Assembly (NCBI RefSeq): GCF_000143415.4
Contig: NW_003314274.1
Span: forward strand, 1,502,851 to 1,566,850
Reading direction: 5' to 3'
DNA: 64,000 bases
DNA from: Selaginella moellendorffii
Lineage: Eukaryota > Plantae > Lycopodiophyta
This document shows, in pieces, positions 24,870 to 36,252 of this stretch; position 1 is the first letter of the stretch, and each line of letters begins with the position of its first letter. A program made the translations under genes and the position numbers. Below the pieces are notes generated by a model, which searched no databases, was not told where the DNA came from, and worked only from the letters and a program-made list of their open reading frames with translations.

Positions 24870-26502
24870 ATGACGAGCGCGTGGGATCCGGCCTACCTGT
24901 GGAGGCAAACCAGCAAGCTACTGCGGCGATCCGAGCCGGAGGTCCACGTCCACGAGGTAAATCACGCCGAAATTCCAGCGCCGAGCAGCGGCGGGGGAGG
25001 AATCGAGAGGATATTTCCCGCGTTGAGCTCCAGGGATGTGCTGCTCGTCACCGGCGCCGCGGCGGTCGGCGGAGCTCTCGTCGTGGCGGCCGTGTACGCC
25101 GCGCCAGGGATTCTGTCCAGGTATCAGATCGAATGCCCGGCGTGTGGATGCCACTGCTGCGTTTGCTATGTCGCCCACCAGCGCCCGGCGGAGCTCGTTG
25201 CCAAGATGATCAAGGGAATTTCATCGTCGCTGGTAAGCTCGCGAATTTCTTTTGGAGAGCCTCGTTCTTTCTTCGTTCTCCTTTTTCTCGTTTCTCACTA
25301 CATTCTTTTTTTCCCTTTGGAAATTTTCTTTGGTAGGCTGCTGGAAAAGAGAAGATCCAGAAGGCTGTAGGATTCACCTCGGCTACCAGCGACGAGCATT
25401 CTCACGCAGACAACAACAATGGAAGCTGGACGTGCATCCAAGTCTCGCGGGACAAAAACTCTGCCACTACTGTGGATATCGAAGAGACACCGGCGGCGGC
25501 TGTGACAGGCGACGAAGAGATCGACATTGACAACAGGCCTGGCTTGCCAGATCCTTTCTCCGCGACGAAGCGCAAAGGGTAGGCACTTCTAAAGTCTGGC
25601 ATTCTACAACACTTCATTCTTTGTCCGTGCAGCTATCTCTCGTGGGACGATTACTTCATGTCCATTGCGTTTCTCTCGGCTCAGAGGTCCAAAGATCCCA
25701 TCCGACAAGTCGGAGCTTGTCTCGTTAGCCAAGACTACGTCATCTTGGGTATGAAACATTTCTCTTCCAGTTTTCTCGAGTTTTTCCCGCTAATGCTGGA
25801 CTCTCCAGGCATTGGCTACAACGGCTTTCCTCGAGGTTGCTCTGACGATAAGCTTCCCTGGGCCAAAGTAAGCTCCATTCCATGTATTTTACTCTTGAGA
25901 TTCACTTGGAACCTCTTTGCAGAAATCACGGGATGGTGACTTGCTCAAGACCAAATATCCGTAAGTCGTTTTCTCATTTGTTTGTTCTCTCCACTCGATT
26001 TCCTTCGTCTTTCTTCGTGTTTTTCCTGATTTGACAACGTCGTTGTTGTTATCTCTTTGCAGATACGTATGCCATGCGGAAGTGAACGCCATCCTCAACA
26101 GGAATCACGCCTCAGCATCCGGTCAGGTACTCGTCAAATTCATGCCACGTTGAAAGCTCTCCCTTCACTTGGATCTCCGTTTAGAGGCTCTATGTGACCA
26201 TGTTCCCGTGCAACGAGTGTGCCAAAGTCATAATCCAGGTACTGAAATCTTACCACCCTCGCGACTAAACTTCTCGTTTGTCTTTTCAGGCAGGAATTGC
26301 CGAAGTGATCTTCTACACCGACAAGCAATCGCACCCCGACTTCCAATTCACGGCCTCACGCAAGCTGCTGTCCATGGCCAACGTTAAGGTAAGAAAGATC
26401 CTCCAAGTCTCTGGGAACTGGAGAAATCACAGAAGAACTGTTGTGTCTTTGCAGCTCCGACAGCACCAACCCAAAGCAAAGTCCATCATTCTCGAGTTCT
26501 AA
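24870..26502 (+). CDS. dCMP deaminase (cytidine/deoxycytidylate deaminase family)
   Basis: KRKG|[55 protein letters not shown] zinc-binding motifs; start codon tentative. Confidence 0.92.
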
Positions 26503-26585
26503 GCAAGAGTGAGCTTCCGTACATATATATACACTAGACAAGTAAGAACAAGGAGATCACTCTCCGTACGTAATAGCTATTGACA

Positions 26586-27959
26586 CTAAGAAGTTTTGTC
26601 CGTGTAGACGAGGACTAAGAACTTGGTGATCTCTTGCGAGACGATCTTCCATTGCGTGTTCTTGCCGCTCTGGTTGTGATCCGGGTGGTAGAGCCGCAGC
26701 GCCTTCTTGAGCGCCGATCGTGGCGACTGGACGCTCTCGTCGACGATCCGAACGCGATCCGCGGGATCCAGCCCCGGCGGCGGATGCTCCGCGAGGAGAA
26801 ACTCGAGGAACTTGGGCAGATTGTGCTTGTTCTTGGCGAAATTGGCCTCGAGGCGCATGAAAACTTTGGTCTTGAGCTCCTCGTGATCCCTGTTCTTGCT
26901 CTTCTTCCTCATTGCCAGGGCCTGGTACGCGCTCTTCATCCTCTCCACGAGCTTGGAGAAATTCTTCCTCCTCTTGTGCTGGAGCAGCGAATCGCCGATG
27001 GCGATGGCGCTCGTGTAGGCGCTCTCGCCCTGTTCTTCCAGCCCCAGCGTGACAAGGAGCTGCCCCACGCCTCCCAGCGCGAGAACCCGCGCCTCCTCGT
27101 CGCAATCCCTCGCCAGGCGCTCCGATTCGCGGAACTGATCCAGCGCGCTCACCAGGATCTCCAGCCGCTGCTCCGAATCCCGCGATCTCCCGGCCAGCTC
27201 GCGGAAATCCTCGCCCTTCTTCCTCGCCTGGATGGATTCGCACAGCCGGCGCTTGAGCTCCACGCGGCGCTGGAGCTCCCGCAGCTCGCGCCGGAAGTCG
27301 CGGAAGTCGCGGCCCTCGCATTGCGCGGCGGCGATCTCCAGCGGCGCCGCGCAGTCGCTGAGGATGCCCAGCGCAGCGAGGAAGAATCTCACGCCCTCGC
27401 CCCTGTCCGCGTCCTGGATCATCTCCTCGGCCTTGCGGAGGAGAGCCTCGCAGTACGCCCTGTGAAGAACAGCGCTAGCGTGGATTGAGCCTTGGGGGTG
27501 GCGCTGGAAGATCTTGCAAGCCTTGGCGAGGCTGGATTCCGAGCCGAGAACTGGATCGCTGGCCGCGATGGCGGCAAAATCCAGCAGCGCCGCCTTGATC
27601 CCCGCGATCCAATCTTTGGACTGGATCCCCGATCCGTGGGAGATGGCGTCGAGGGAATCCCTCACGGAGCTGGATAGATGGAAGCTTGCGACGTCCTCAC
27701 CGCAGCAATCGTGGCGGAGGAGCGCCACCATCGCCAGCCGCCTGTGCGCCGACGCCAGGTTCTTGTGGCACCTGGATTTCTCGGCGCGGTGCTCATCGCC
27801 ATCGCCAGCGCCATGGGAAGATCGATCGAGGTGGGCGAGAGCGGAGGAGTAGGCCGCCACTGCCTTGGTCAATCGATCATACCTCACCAGTGGCGAGAGA
27901 TTCTCCGAGTCGCTCCAGAAATGCCTGTTGCCTCTCTCGCGCAGCGAAGAAGCCGCCAT
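26586..27959 (-). CDS. Helical (TPR-like) protein with a C-terminal J-domain-like HPD motif, intronless
   Basis: 457-codon ORF from ATG at 27959; LRERGNRHF start, all-alpha composition, ALKKALRLYHPDHN...WKIVSQEITKFL near the C-terminus. Confidence 0.7.
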   Translation of the reverse strand: MAASSLRERGNRHFWSDSENLSPLVRYDRLTKAVAAYSSALAHLDRSSHGAGDGDEHRAEKSRCHKNLASAHRRLAMVALLRHDCCGEDVASFHLSSSVRDSLDAISHGSGIQSKDWIAGIKAALLDFAAIAASDPVLGSESSLAKACKIFQRHPQGSIHASAVLHRAYCEALLRKAEEMIQDADRGEGVRFFLAALGILSDCAAPLEIAAAQCEGRDFRDFRRELRELQRRVELKRRLCESIQARKKGEDFRELAGRSRDSEQRLEILVSALDQFRESERLARDCDEEARVLALGGVGQLLVTLGLEEQGESAYTSAIAIGDSLLQHKRRKNFSKLVERMKSAYQALAMRKKSKNRDHEELKTKVFMRLEANFAKNKHNLPKFLEFLLAEHPPPGLDPADRVRIVDESVQSPRSALKKALRLYHPDHNQSGKNTQWKIVSQEITKFLVLVYTDKTS

Positions 27960-28233
27960 CTCCGCGAAGAAACCTCTCTCTCTCTCTCTCTCGCCCGCGA
28001 CGTAAAGTTGACCACGAATATTCCAATATTGTACGGAACTAGGGCATTTTTCGGGAATTTTACCAATCATATTTGTAACACTGCATTTAATTCGTAAAAG
28101 TACTTTATAACCCTTGGAATACGCGAGATCTCTTTAAGTTTAAGATAAAAATAACGTTTTTACCCCTTATAATTTTAAGAATATACCACCTTCAAAAAAG
28201 GATTAGGGCTTTAGAACCCTAGTTTCTTGAGCT

Positions 28234-29669
28234 ATGAGGCTCAGAGCGTCCTATCGCTCGGTCGTGGTGGGCGCCGGTCCAGCGGGGCTGGCAGCCATCG
28301 CCAATCTCCTCGACGCGGGCATCCATCCAATCCTGTGGGTGGATCCAGCCTTCGCGGCCGGCCGCCTCGCCAGGTACCAGCGAGTTCCAAGCAACACGAA
28401 GGTCCAGCTCTTCGTGGATTTCGCCATGGCGTCGCCCACGCTTGCTCGCCTCGCTGCCACCATGTCTCCGCCTCCTCTAGGTGAGTTTGAGAGCATGGAT
28501 CCGCAAGGCACTTGCTTGCTCAAGCACACGGCTCGGATGGTTTCGCAGCTCACCCGAGGAATCCAGCAGCACCTCGCTGACAAAGTCGATTGCTACCAAG
28601 GATGGGTGACTCGAGTTCATGGCTCATCTAAGGTTCGTCACGGTTCTCTCTCTTCCTTCGTGTTCGTGGAGTCGTGAGTGATCTTCCTTGAGAATGAATG
28701 ACTTGTTATAGTTCTCGTGCAGCAGCCATCTTGGTCTGTTGCTCTCGGCGTCGAAGCTCAAGATCAAGAAGCTACTGTGGTCGACACGGACAGTGTGATC
28801 TTCGCCACAGGTTTGTCTCCCACTCCAGACTTGATCGTAAACAGCTCTCCTTGTTTTATCAAGGTTCTCATCCCATCCCCTCGCATTCCTCCTGGGCTCC
28901 CCATAAACTCTATGCCCGTCCCGAGCATGCCAAGATGGTCGAGGAGCTGAGCTTGGAGACCGCTCTCGACCCAGGCGCGCTACAATCGGGAGTAACTCCC
29001 TCCGACGTTGTAGCTGTCGTCGGTGGAAGCCACTCGGGCGTTCTCTGCCTCAAGAATCTAGCCGAGCTTCCAAATAGACCACGCAAGATCCTTCACTACT
29101 ATCGGTACTCTTTTCGTTTTCCTTTTTTTTCTTTGCTCGATTGATATGAGTTCTTGGAGTTCTTGTACAGGCAAGAGCTCAAGTATGCCGTCTACATGGA
29201 CGGCTGGATTCTATATGATAATACGGGACTGAAAGGTGACGCCGCCGTTTGGGCGCAGCAAGTCCTCGAGCCTGGCCTCGTTCCACGCCTCGACTCACAC
29301 CACCTCGAGAGCCCCGAGAGCGAAGCCGAGATTTACAAGGCAACCATGCCTGAGGTGACCAAGATCATCTACGCGATTGGCTTCCAGCGGAACAAGCTCC
29401 CGGAGATGGTGCTGGAGGAGTTTCACGGTGGAGGCTCCAAGGATCATGGAGAACGTGTCAAGCATTCTCCACAGAGTGGGAAGCTCGTCCTGGGCGACAA
29501 GCCCATTCCTGGGCTGTGGGGATATGGGATTGCGTTCCCGGAGGAGACTGTGGATCCTCTCGGGAACAAGGAGTGGGCCGTGGGACTGTGGAAGTTTATG
29601 CGTTACATGAAGAAGGTGATCCCTGAGAATGTAGCGCCAGAGATTATGAGTAATAGCAGCAAACTATAA
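28234..29669 (+). CDS. FAD/NAD(P)-dependent (pyridine nucleotide-disulfide-like) oxidoreductase, 4 exons
   Basis: VVVGAGPAG FAD motif, VPSNTKV, VIFAT|GSHP, VAVVGGSHSG, WILYDNTGLKG, IYAIGF, GYGIAFPEETVDPLGNKEWAVGLWKFM. Confidence 0.85.
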
Positions 29670-30850
29670 TAATTAATAATCGAATCAATAAAAGAATTAT
29701 TGTCAATAAATCAAATATATAAGAACTATAAATTATAAAGATAAAGGCAAATAATTATAATGTAAATTTTATATTTCATACAATTAAAATAAATTTTTTT
29801 TTTAATACACTTTCATAAAATTTTTATAAGGATATTTATTAGTAATTTCTTATTAAATATAAACTAGCAAAAATGTTTAAAATTGTTTTGACAAACAATA
29901 AACATGACCTCTGTACGATTTGAAATCATAACCTTCAGATTTTTTTGTTTATTCTTGGGGTTAGAGTTTGTTTAGTGATGCATGATGGCATCTTTTCTAG
30001 TAAAAATTAATTATAAATTTAGATTTTTTCAAATCAAATATTTTTATTTTTATTTCTTATTTCTGATATTTATCATTTGCAGGTTTTAGTATGTTTTTAT
30101 GGGAAAATTGTAAAATCATAAATGATCCAAAAGTTATAAAATAAGCTAGTTTTTAATTTATTTTCATATGATTGTTTTAAAACTTTAATTATTCAATTGG
30201 ATTATTTATTTCTCTCTATCCCACTTTCAAAAGATATATATAATATTATTATTTATTATTTAAAAACAATTTGTAATTATTAGCTATATTCATTAAAGCT
30301 TAATTAGGAAAAATTTATGCTGTATAATCACTAATAAATTACTACATCAAGTATCAATAAATTCATTGCATTAGATACCAATATCATCAAAAATAAATAA
30401 TTAATTAAATATTTTTTATTATAAAAATATTATAGTATATTTTGTTTTTTATATAAGAAACTTGTGAAAATTATTATTAAAATTGTAATTGACTAATTTA
30501 TTATAAATTATTTTTCAATTTTTATATATTTAAAACTTTGATTAAATAAAACTATATAAAAGAAAAATTTTGAAAATAAATATATAACATTGAAAATAAC
30601 TTTCAAATGTTAAATATAAGAAGTTTTTTATTAGATATTGTTATTTTATAATTATAACTATAAAGTCGGTAAATACTAAGAACTTTATTAGCGTTTTTCA
30701 TTTGAAACTCTACAATGTTACAAGATAATTTCAAAAATATAAATTTCAAAATAACATATATTTTTCTTGTAATTTAAATTCAGGGAAATTAAATTGATAA
30801 AATTAAAATTCTGAAGATGATGTTCTCGTCTATAATAAAAGGATAAGGTG
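29670..30850. other. Extremely AT-rich non-coding island (possible decayed insertion)
   Basis: Abrupt compositional shift between GC-rich genes; no ORF and no terminal repeats recognised. Confidence 0.5.
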
Positions 30851-30876
30851 AAAATAAAGGTGGCAAATCAGTGAGT

Positions 30877-30942
30877 GCCACGTCACCACAATCTGCGTGC
30901 TTTGAGCCTCAAATAGCCGCGCTCATGTGGCTCCCACGTGGC
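30877..30942. promoter_or_regulatory. ACGT-core light-response boxes (GCCACGTCA; CCACGTGGC G-box) upstream of HEMA
   Basis: Motifs at 30877-30885 and 30934-30942, about 300 bp upstream of the HEMA ATG. Confidence 0.5.
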
Positions 30943-31235
30943 CGCAAACCGGCGGAATCGGTAGCGAACACTATCTTCCGTCTCGGGCCGGCGGGAGCCG
31001 CCAGTGGTCCGGTCACCCACCACTATAGAATGGAGCTGGTAAGCAACGCTAGACTTTGAATGGGCAGTGCGTGTTCCAGCCACGCGCACCAGATGGGCGC
31101 TTTTGACCTAGAAAGAGGGCTCAAATTGGCGATTCATGAGAAGAAGTCCAGTAGCTCGCACTCTCTCCTAAAGCCCTAGGATCGAATGCGCGCGCCAGAC
31201 AGATCTGGCTAGGTCTTGGGCAATCTGGACGAGAA

Positions 31236-33008
31236 ATGGCTGCCACAGCCGCAATTGGCCTGTGCTCTTCGATTGGCTCGATAACGGAGGTTTGCAGCAG
31301 CTCCAGCAGCTCCAGAATTGTGGAGGTCGCAAGGATTGGCTGCATCCATCGAGATTTTGGTAGATTTCCCAGGAAGGCTGTGCTCGTGAGAGCTTGCTCC
31401 ATTGGTGGAGGAGGAGGAGACGCTCGTCTTCCTCCCAGTCACAGGGCCAAGGCTGCGAGTTTGGCAGCTCTAGAACAGCTCCGAAATGCCGGCGCCGACA
31501 GTAAGTTTAGCTTTCCTGTTTTTTTTTTCTCGTGAGCTGATAAGATTGGATTGGATTGTGTTCTTGGCAGGATACACTAGCGAGAAGAGCAGCATTCTAG
31601 TGATAGGATTGAGCGTCCACACAGCTTCGGTGGAGCTACGTGAGAAGTTGGCCGTGCCAGAGGCGGAATGGCCACGCGCTATCGGCGAGCTCGTCTCTCA
31701 CAACCATATAGAGGAGGCGGCGGTTTTAAGTACGTGTAATCGCATGGAGATTTACGTGGTGGCTCTCTCGTGGCACCGTGGTGTCAAGGAGGTGACCGAG
31801 TGGATGTCCAAGGTGAGCTCTCAAGTTCTTGGTGCTAGAGTCTTAAAAACTTCCTTTTGTATTGGTAGACTAGTGGAGTTCCTCTGGAAGAACTCCGGCA
31901 GCATTTGTTCATACTACGCGACCGGGACGCGACGCAGCATTTGTTCAAGGTGTCGTCCGGATTGGACTCGCTGGTGCTGGGCGAGGGGCAGATTCTCGCG
32001 CAAGTCAAGCAGGTGTTCAAGGTCGGGCAGGGTGCCAACGGATTCGGCAGGAACTTGAATGGGCTCTTCAAGCAGGCGATCACGGCTGGCAAGAGAGTCC
32101 GGACGGAGACGAGCATTGCGGCCGGGGCGGTGTCGGTGAGCTCCGCGGCGGTGGAGCTAGCAGCGATGAAAGTTGCGAGCTATGGAGGGCTCTCCGCGGC
32201 TCAAGTCGTGATCGTCGGTGCCGGGAAGATGTCCAAGCTGCTCGTCAAGCACCTCATCTCCAAAGGCTGCACCAAGATGGTGGTCGTCAACAGGACGCAG
32301 CAGCGCGTGAGCGAGCTCCAGGCCGAGTTTCCAGACTCCACGCTCGAGTACCAGCCTCTGGACGAGATGATGAGATGTGCCGGGGAGGCCGACGTTGTCT
32401 TCACGAGCACAGCGTCAGACCAGCCACTCTTCTACAAAGATGACGCTGAGAAGATCCCGGCTGCTCCTTTGGGAACCAGGTTCTTCATCGATATCTCGGT
32501 CCCTCGAAACGTTGCGGCCTGTGTTGCCGAGGTCCCCTCCGTCAGGCTCTACAATGTGGACGACTTGAAAGAGGTGGTGGCCGCCAACCAGGAAGAGAGG
32601 AGGAGGAAGGCCATGGAAGCCCAGACCATCATCGAGGAGGAGCTGCGGAGCTTCGAGGCGTGGAGGGACTCGCTGGAGACGGTGCCGACGATAAAGAAGC
32701 TGCGAGCTTACGCGGAGAGGATCCGGACGAGCGAGCTGGAGAAGTGCCTGGCGAAGATGGGAGGCGACGAGTTGTCCAAGAAGAACAGGAAGCTCATCGA
32801 GGACCTCAGCCGGGGAATCGTCAACAAGCTGCTCCACGGGCCCATGCAAAACTTGAGAAGCGATGGCAGTGACGCCAGGACGGTGAACGAGACGCTGGAA
32901 AACATGCACGCTCTAGAGAGGATGTTTGATCTCAAAGCCGAGCTTGGTGGTCCCCTGGAGCTCAGATCCGCCAAGCAGCCCCCACCAGCAGCACCACCTT
33001 CCAGCTGA
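31236..33008 (+). CDS. HEMA: Glutamyl-tRNA reductase, chloroplastic (3 exons)
   Basis: Transit peptide; [78 protein letters not shown]. Confidence 0.98.
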
Positions 33009-33189
33009 CCACCACAGAAAATCCGTTCGCTACGGACGATCGAACGATATCGGAAAGGTTTGTCTCTTCTTCTTTATGTTTTTGAGAGCTGAGCTGACGG
33101 AATAACACGGCACTGATACCAGTGCCTTGGATTACTCCTGGAAATTGTAAGAAAACATTCATATGAAATCAAACGCGGCACATTGTCGG

Positions 33190-33343
33190 TGTCCAAATGC
33201 AATCATACATACTTCTCACGTTCTGGGAGACGGCCAACGCCTATTTGTTCCCAGCTCCAGAAGTTGTGACCCTAAACCGGCTCTGAAGTCCACCTGGAAG
33301 ATCGGGAAGTTGACCGTGCTCGTGCTCTGCACGTCGGCTCCAG
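33190..33343. pseudogene. Scrambled remnants of a BAHD acyltransferase 3' end, in both orientations
   Basis: GGGAGACGGCCA..CCTATTTGTTCCCAGCTCCAGAAG (33224-33263) is BAHD sense on +; AAGTCCACCTGGAAGATCGGGAAGTTGACCGTGCTCGTGCTCTGCACGTCGGCTCCAG (33286-33343) matches 35007-35064 in the original orientation. Confidence 0.8.
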
Positions 33344-33820
33344 GGTGTGGGTTTTTCGTCACCGATTATATTATAACCTGAATTTTTATCTTTATTATTG
33401 GATACATAAAGTCTGTCAAAATAGTATACGTTTAATTGATATTTATGATATATTTTATAGATCTTATTTTTCTCTGACACATCGATATACAAACTCAAAA
33501 AGAGGGGAAGTGAGCATAGCTTTTAAAACTTTTTTGATCAATTTCTGGATTCTTAGTATCAAGAAATTTACAGAAATCTATAAATACCACAAAATTTCTT
33601 CATGTGTCTACTGCAACAATATTGTTGCCAGACACACTTGACTGATAAATTGTTTTATATGGAGACTTTGAGAAATACAATTAACCATCATATTAATAAA
33701 TTTCAAAGGGTATGGCTCATTGTGCATTTGTCAAGTGATTGTAGTATTTATGCAATTAATAATAATTTTTTTTTAGGGTCATGCAGTGCCTAATTGGAAA
33801 TATGAAACCACAATGCAATT

Positions 33821-33962
33821 GATGCAAATGAATTGCCAATCCTTCAACTTTTAAAGCATGAAAATATTATATTAGTTAAAAGTATTATGAGATGCAAATG
33901 AATTGTCAGTCCTTCAACTTTTAAAGCATGAAAATATCATATTAATTAAAAGTATCATGAGA
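33821..33962. repeat. 70-bp tandem duplication (2 copies)
   Basis: GATGCAAATGAATTG.CA.TCCTTCAACTTTTAAAGCATGAAAATAT.ATATTA.TTAAAAGTAT.ATGA at 33821 and 33891. Confidence 0.9.
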
Positions 33963-34385
33963 ATCAAACAGAATAATAATTTGCTATGTGTTGCATATTC
34001 AATTGATCAATTAGAATCATGTTTATAATTTATAAGTAAAAAATTAATTTTATTATAAGTATTTAGGACAGTTTATAAAATATAAATACAAAATTAATTT
34101 AACTGTTAGATGGTGGTAGAATATCCTAAAATATCCAAATATATTCTAAGTATATCCACTCCCATCCCTTAGCCAAACCAAAAATATATGATTGACAAAT
34201 GAAGGGATGCATTTACTATTTGAAGCAATTAACATATTATTGCATTAGCAGCAGGTTGCTGCTTTCGCTCCACAATGTCCGACTGATGCTTGGAGCCACA
34301 CCGTAAACGAAGACTTAGGTCTTATGCCCTCATGGCAAAAGAAAAATGTTTATATTATCGGCTGAGATGTTTGTTTAAGGCTCTA

Positions 34386-34560
34386 GCAAGAGTCCAAGGT
34401 CCGCCCACAGTGGAACTTGAATGGCCTCTTGGTTAGCTCCATCACTCCAATCTCCATTCAGATTCTCTTGGGCGAGATCTTGATTGTTGGCGCCAGAAAA
34501 ATGTCCAAGCTGCTCGTAAAGACCTCCTGCACAAAGATGGTGGTCATCACACGCTGGACG
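34386..34560 (+). pseudogene. Highly eroded HEMA fragment
   Basis: GGAACTTGAATGGCCTCTT and ATGTCCAAGCTGCTCGTAAAG..CTGCACAAAGATGGTGGTC match HEMA 32050-32290 ([21 protein letters not shown]). Confidence 0.75.
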
Positions 34561-34798
34561 CCCCCAGCCTGCCAGATATTTCAATCCCTGCGACCTAAGC
34601 TTGTGAGTACCTAAACAAGGAGCCAGTTGATGCAATTGATTCTAGGGAGCAAAGAACAAACGAGAAAGTCCAAGCTCTTCGCATTGTTTGTCTCATCACT
34701 TCCACCTAGCTCCAGCTTCGACCACCCCATGTACAAAGTTATAAACATGGCACCTCGTCAGTGTCCAATCCAAACACGTACCTCTTATATATTTGCTC

Positions 34799-36252
34799 TC
34801 AATTGCTGTAGTAGCTATAGTCTTTAAGATCGGGCTGGAACCTTCGAAAGAGCTCGTTTCGGAACAAGTTCTTCATCGCAAGTCTCTTCATGTAGATGGG
34901 AACAAGTCGGTTTCGTCCACCTTCTGGAGCTGGGAACAAGTACGCGTGGCCGTCTCCCAAGAGTGGTTGGAACGTGAAGGAGTTGTGAATAAGCGTTCCC
35001 CATCCGAAGTTCACCTCGAAGATCGGGAAGTTGACCATGCTCGTGCTCTGCACGTCGGCTCCAGAGTAGAAGTCGCAGGCAAAACCGATGTCTCTGTCGT
35101 TCTTCTGAAGCTCAATCTCCATCCAGTCTATCACCGACTTGAGGTACTCCGTCGTTGTGGCTGAGAGGTCGTCGTAGATGAGCTTTGCAGCGTAGGAGAC
35201 GTGCTTATCCTTGATGTCCCCGGCTTTAGCTGCTAATGACGAAATATGAGCCGTGTTTCCAAAGAAGCCGCGAGGAAGAGGTGGCTGCCAGCGCTGTCTG
35301 CAGCTTATCGGGTAGACATATCGAGTTGTGGTGTCGTCCGGGAGCTCTCTGGCTTCGGTCATCACCTTCCAGGTGAATGCCGCCATTGCAACGAAGCTGG
35401 AGGCTTCGACCTTCCAAGGACCGTTTCTGACCTCCTGGATGATTTCGTCCACCTGTTGAGCTGTGAACCTGAAGGTGATAGCTTGGTATGGCGATGGAGC
35501 TCCTTCCTCAAAGATCTGATAGTTGCTGCTGAGAGAGCCTTCAGCCTTGGGAACTGAAATGTAGTCCTTAATGGGAACACTCACCACTGGTGGATCTCTG
35601 GCTTTCATCAGGTGATTTGCAAACACTGGCGGAGTTGACACTGGAAGATGCGTATGAAGTTCCGACCATGATTTTACAAACTCCATCGCAGCCCAGCCAT
35701 CGTGAATTGCATGGGCCATACTAAATCCCAGAGCGATCCCTCCACACTTGAAGAGGGTCGCCTGGAAATAAAATCAGCGAGCTTTAAAAGAAGTTTCGAG
35801 TCTGTTAATTTTACCTGAGTTCGTATGAGTGGAGCGGTGTTGTAGTCCGCTATGATTGTATCTTCAAATGTCAGCTTGGCTTCTATGGTGCAATCCTTGA
35901 TGTCTTCCCAGTCATCGAATCTTGCCTCGGTAACTGCCTCGCGAAAAATAACTCCCTCGTCATTCAGCTCGACTTCGAATCTGTTATTCTCGTTCTTCAC
36001 CAGCCTCCCTGCGAGAGCTGGATAGTAAATCAATAACCTCGACAATGAGTCCTTTAATCCTTTGAAAAAAGCATCCTGGTCTTGAATCAAATGATCCGAA
36101 GCTGGCTTGAAGTACCACACGGTGTTCATGTACCACTGGCCTGTAAACACCTGATCTAAATTCGAAAGGAAACGTCGTTCCTGAATTGGTGTTGGAGATG
36201 CCGGGACGATAACAGAGGTGCACTTCAGATCGACTCCCCATAGAGCTCCCAT
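34799..36252 (-). CDS. BAHD (HXXXD-type) acyltransferase, copy A (2 exons)
   Basis: LSNLDQ, YYPALAGRL, Q|ATLFKCGG, HAIHDG, GFFGN, NFGWG; single intron about 35762-35814. Confidence 0.95.

Noticed and set aside
26557-27852. Long overlapping ORFs (254 aa on -, 284 aa on +) over the J-like gene
   Set aside because: Expected stop-poor shadow frames of a GC3-rich coding sequence
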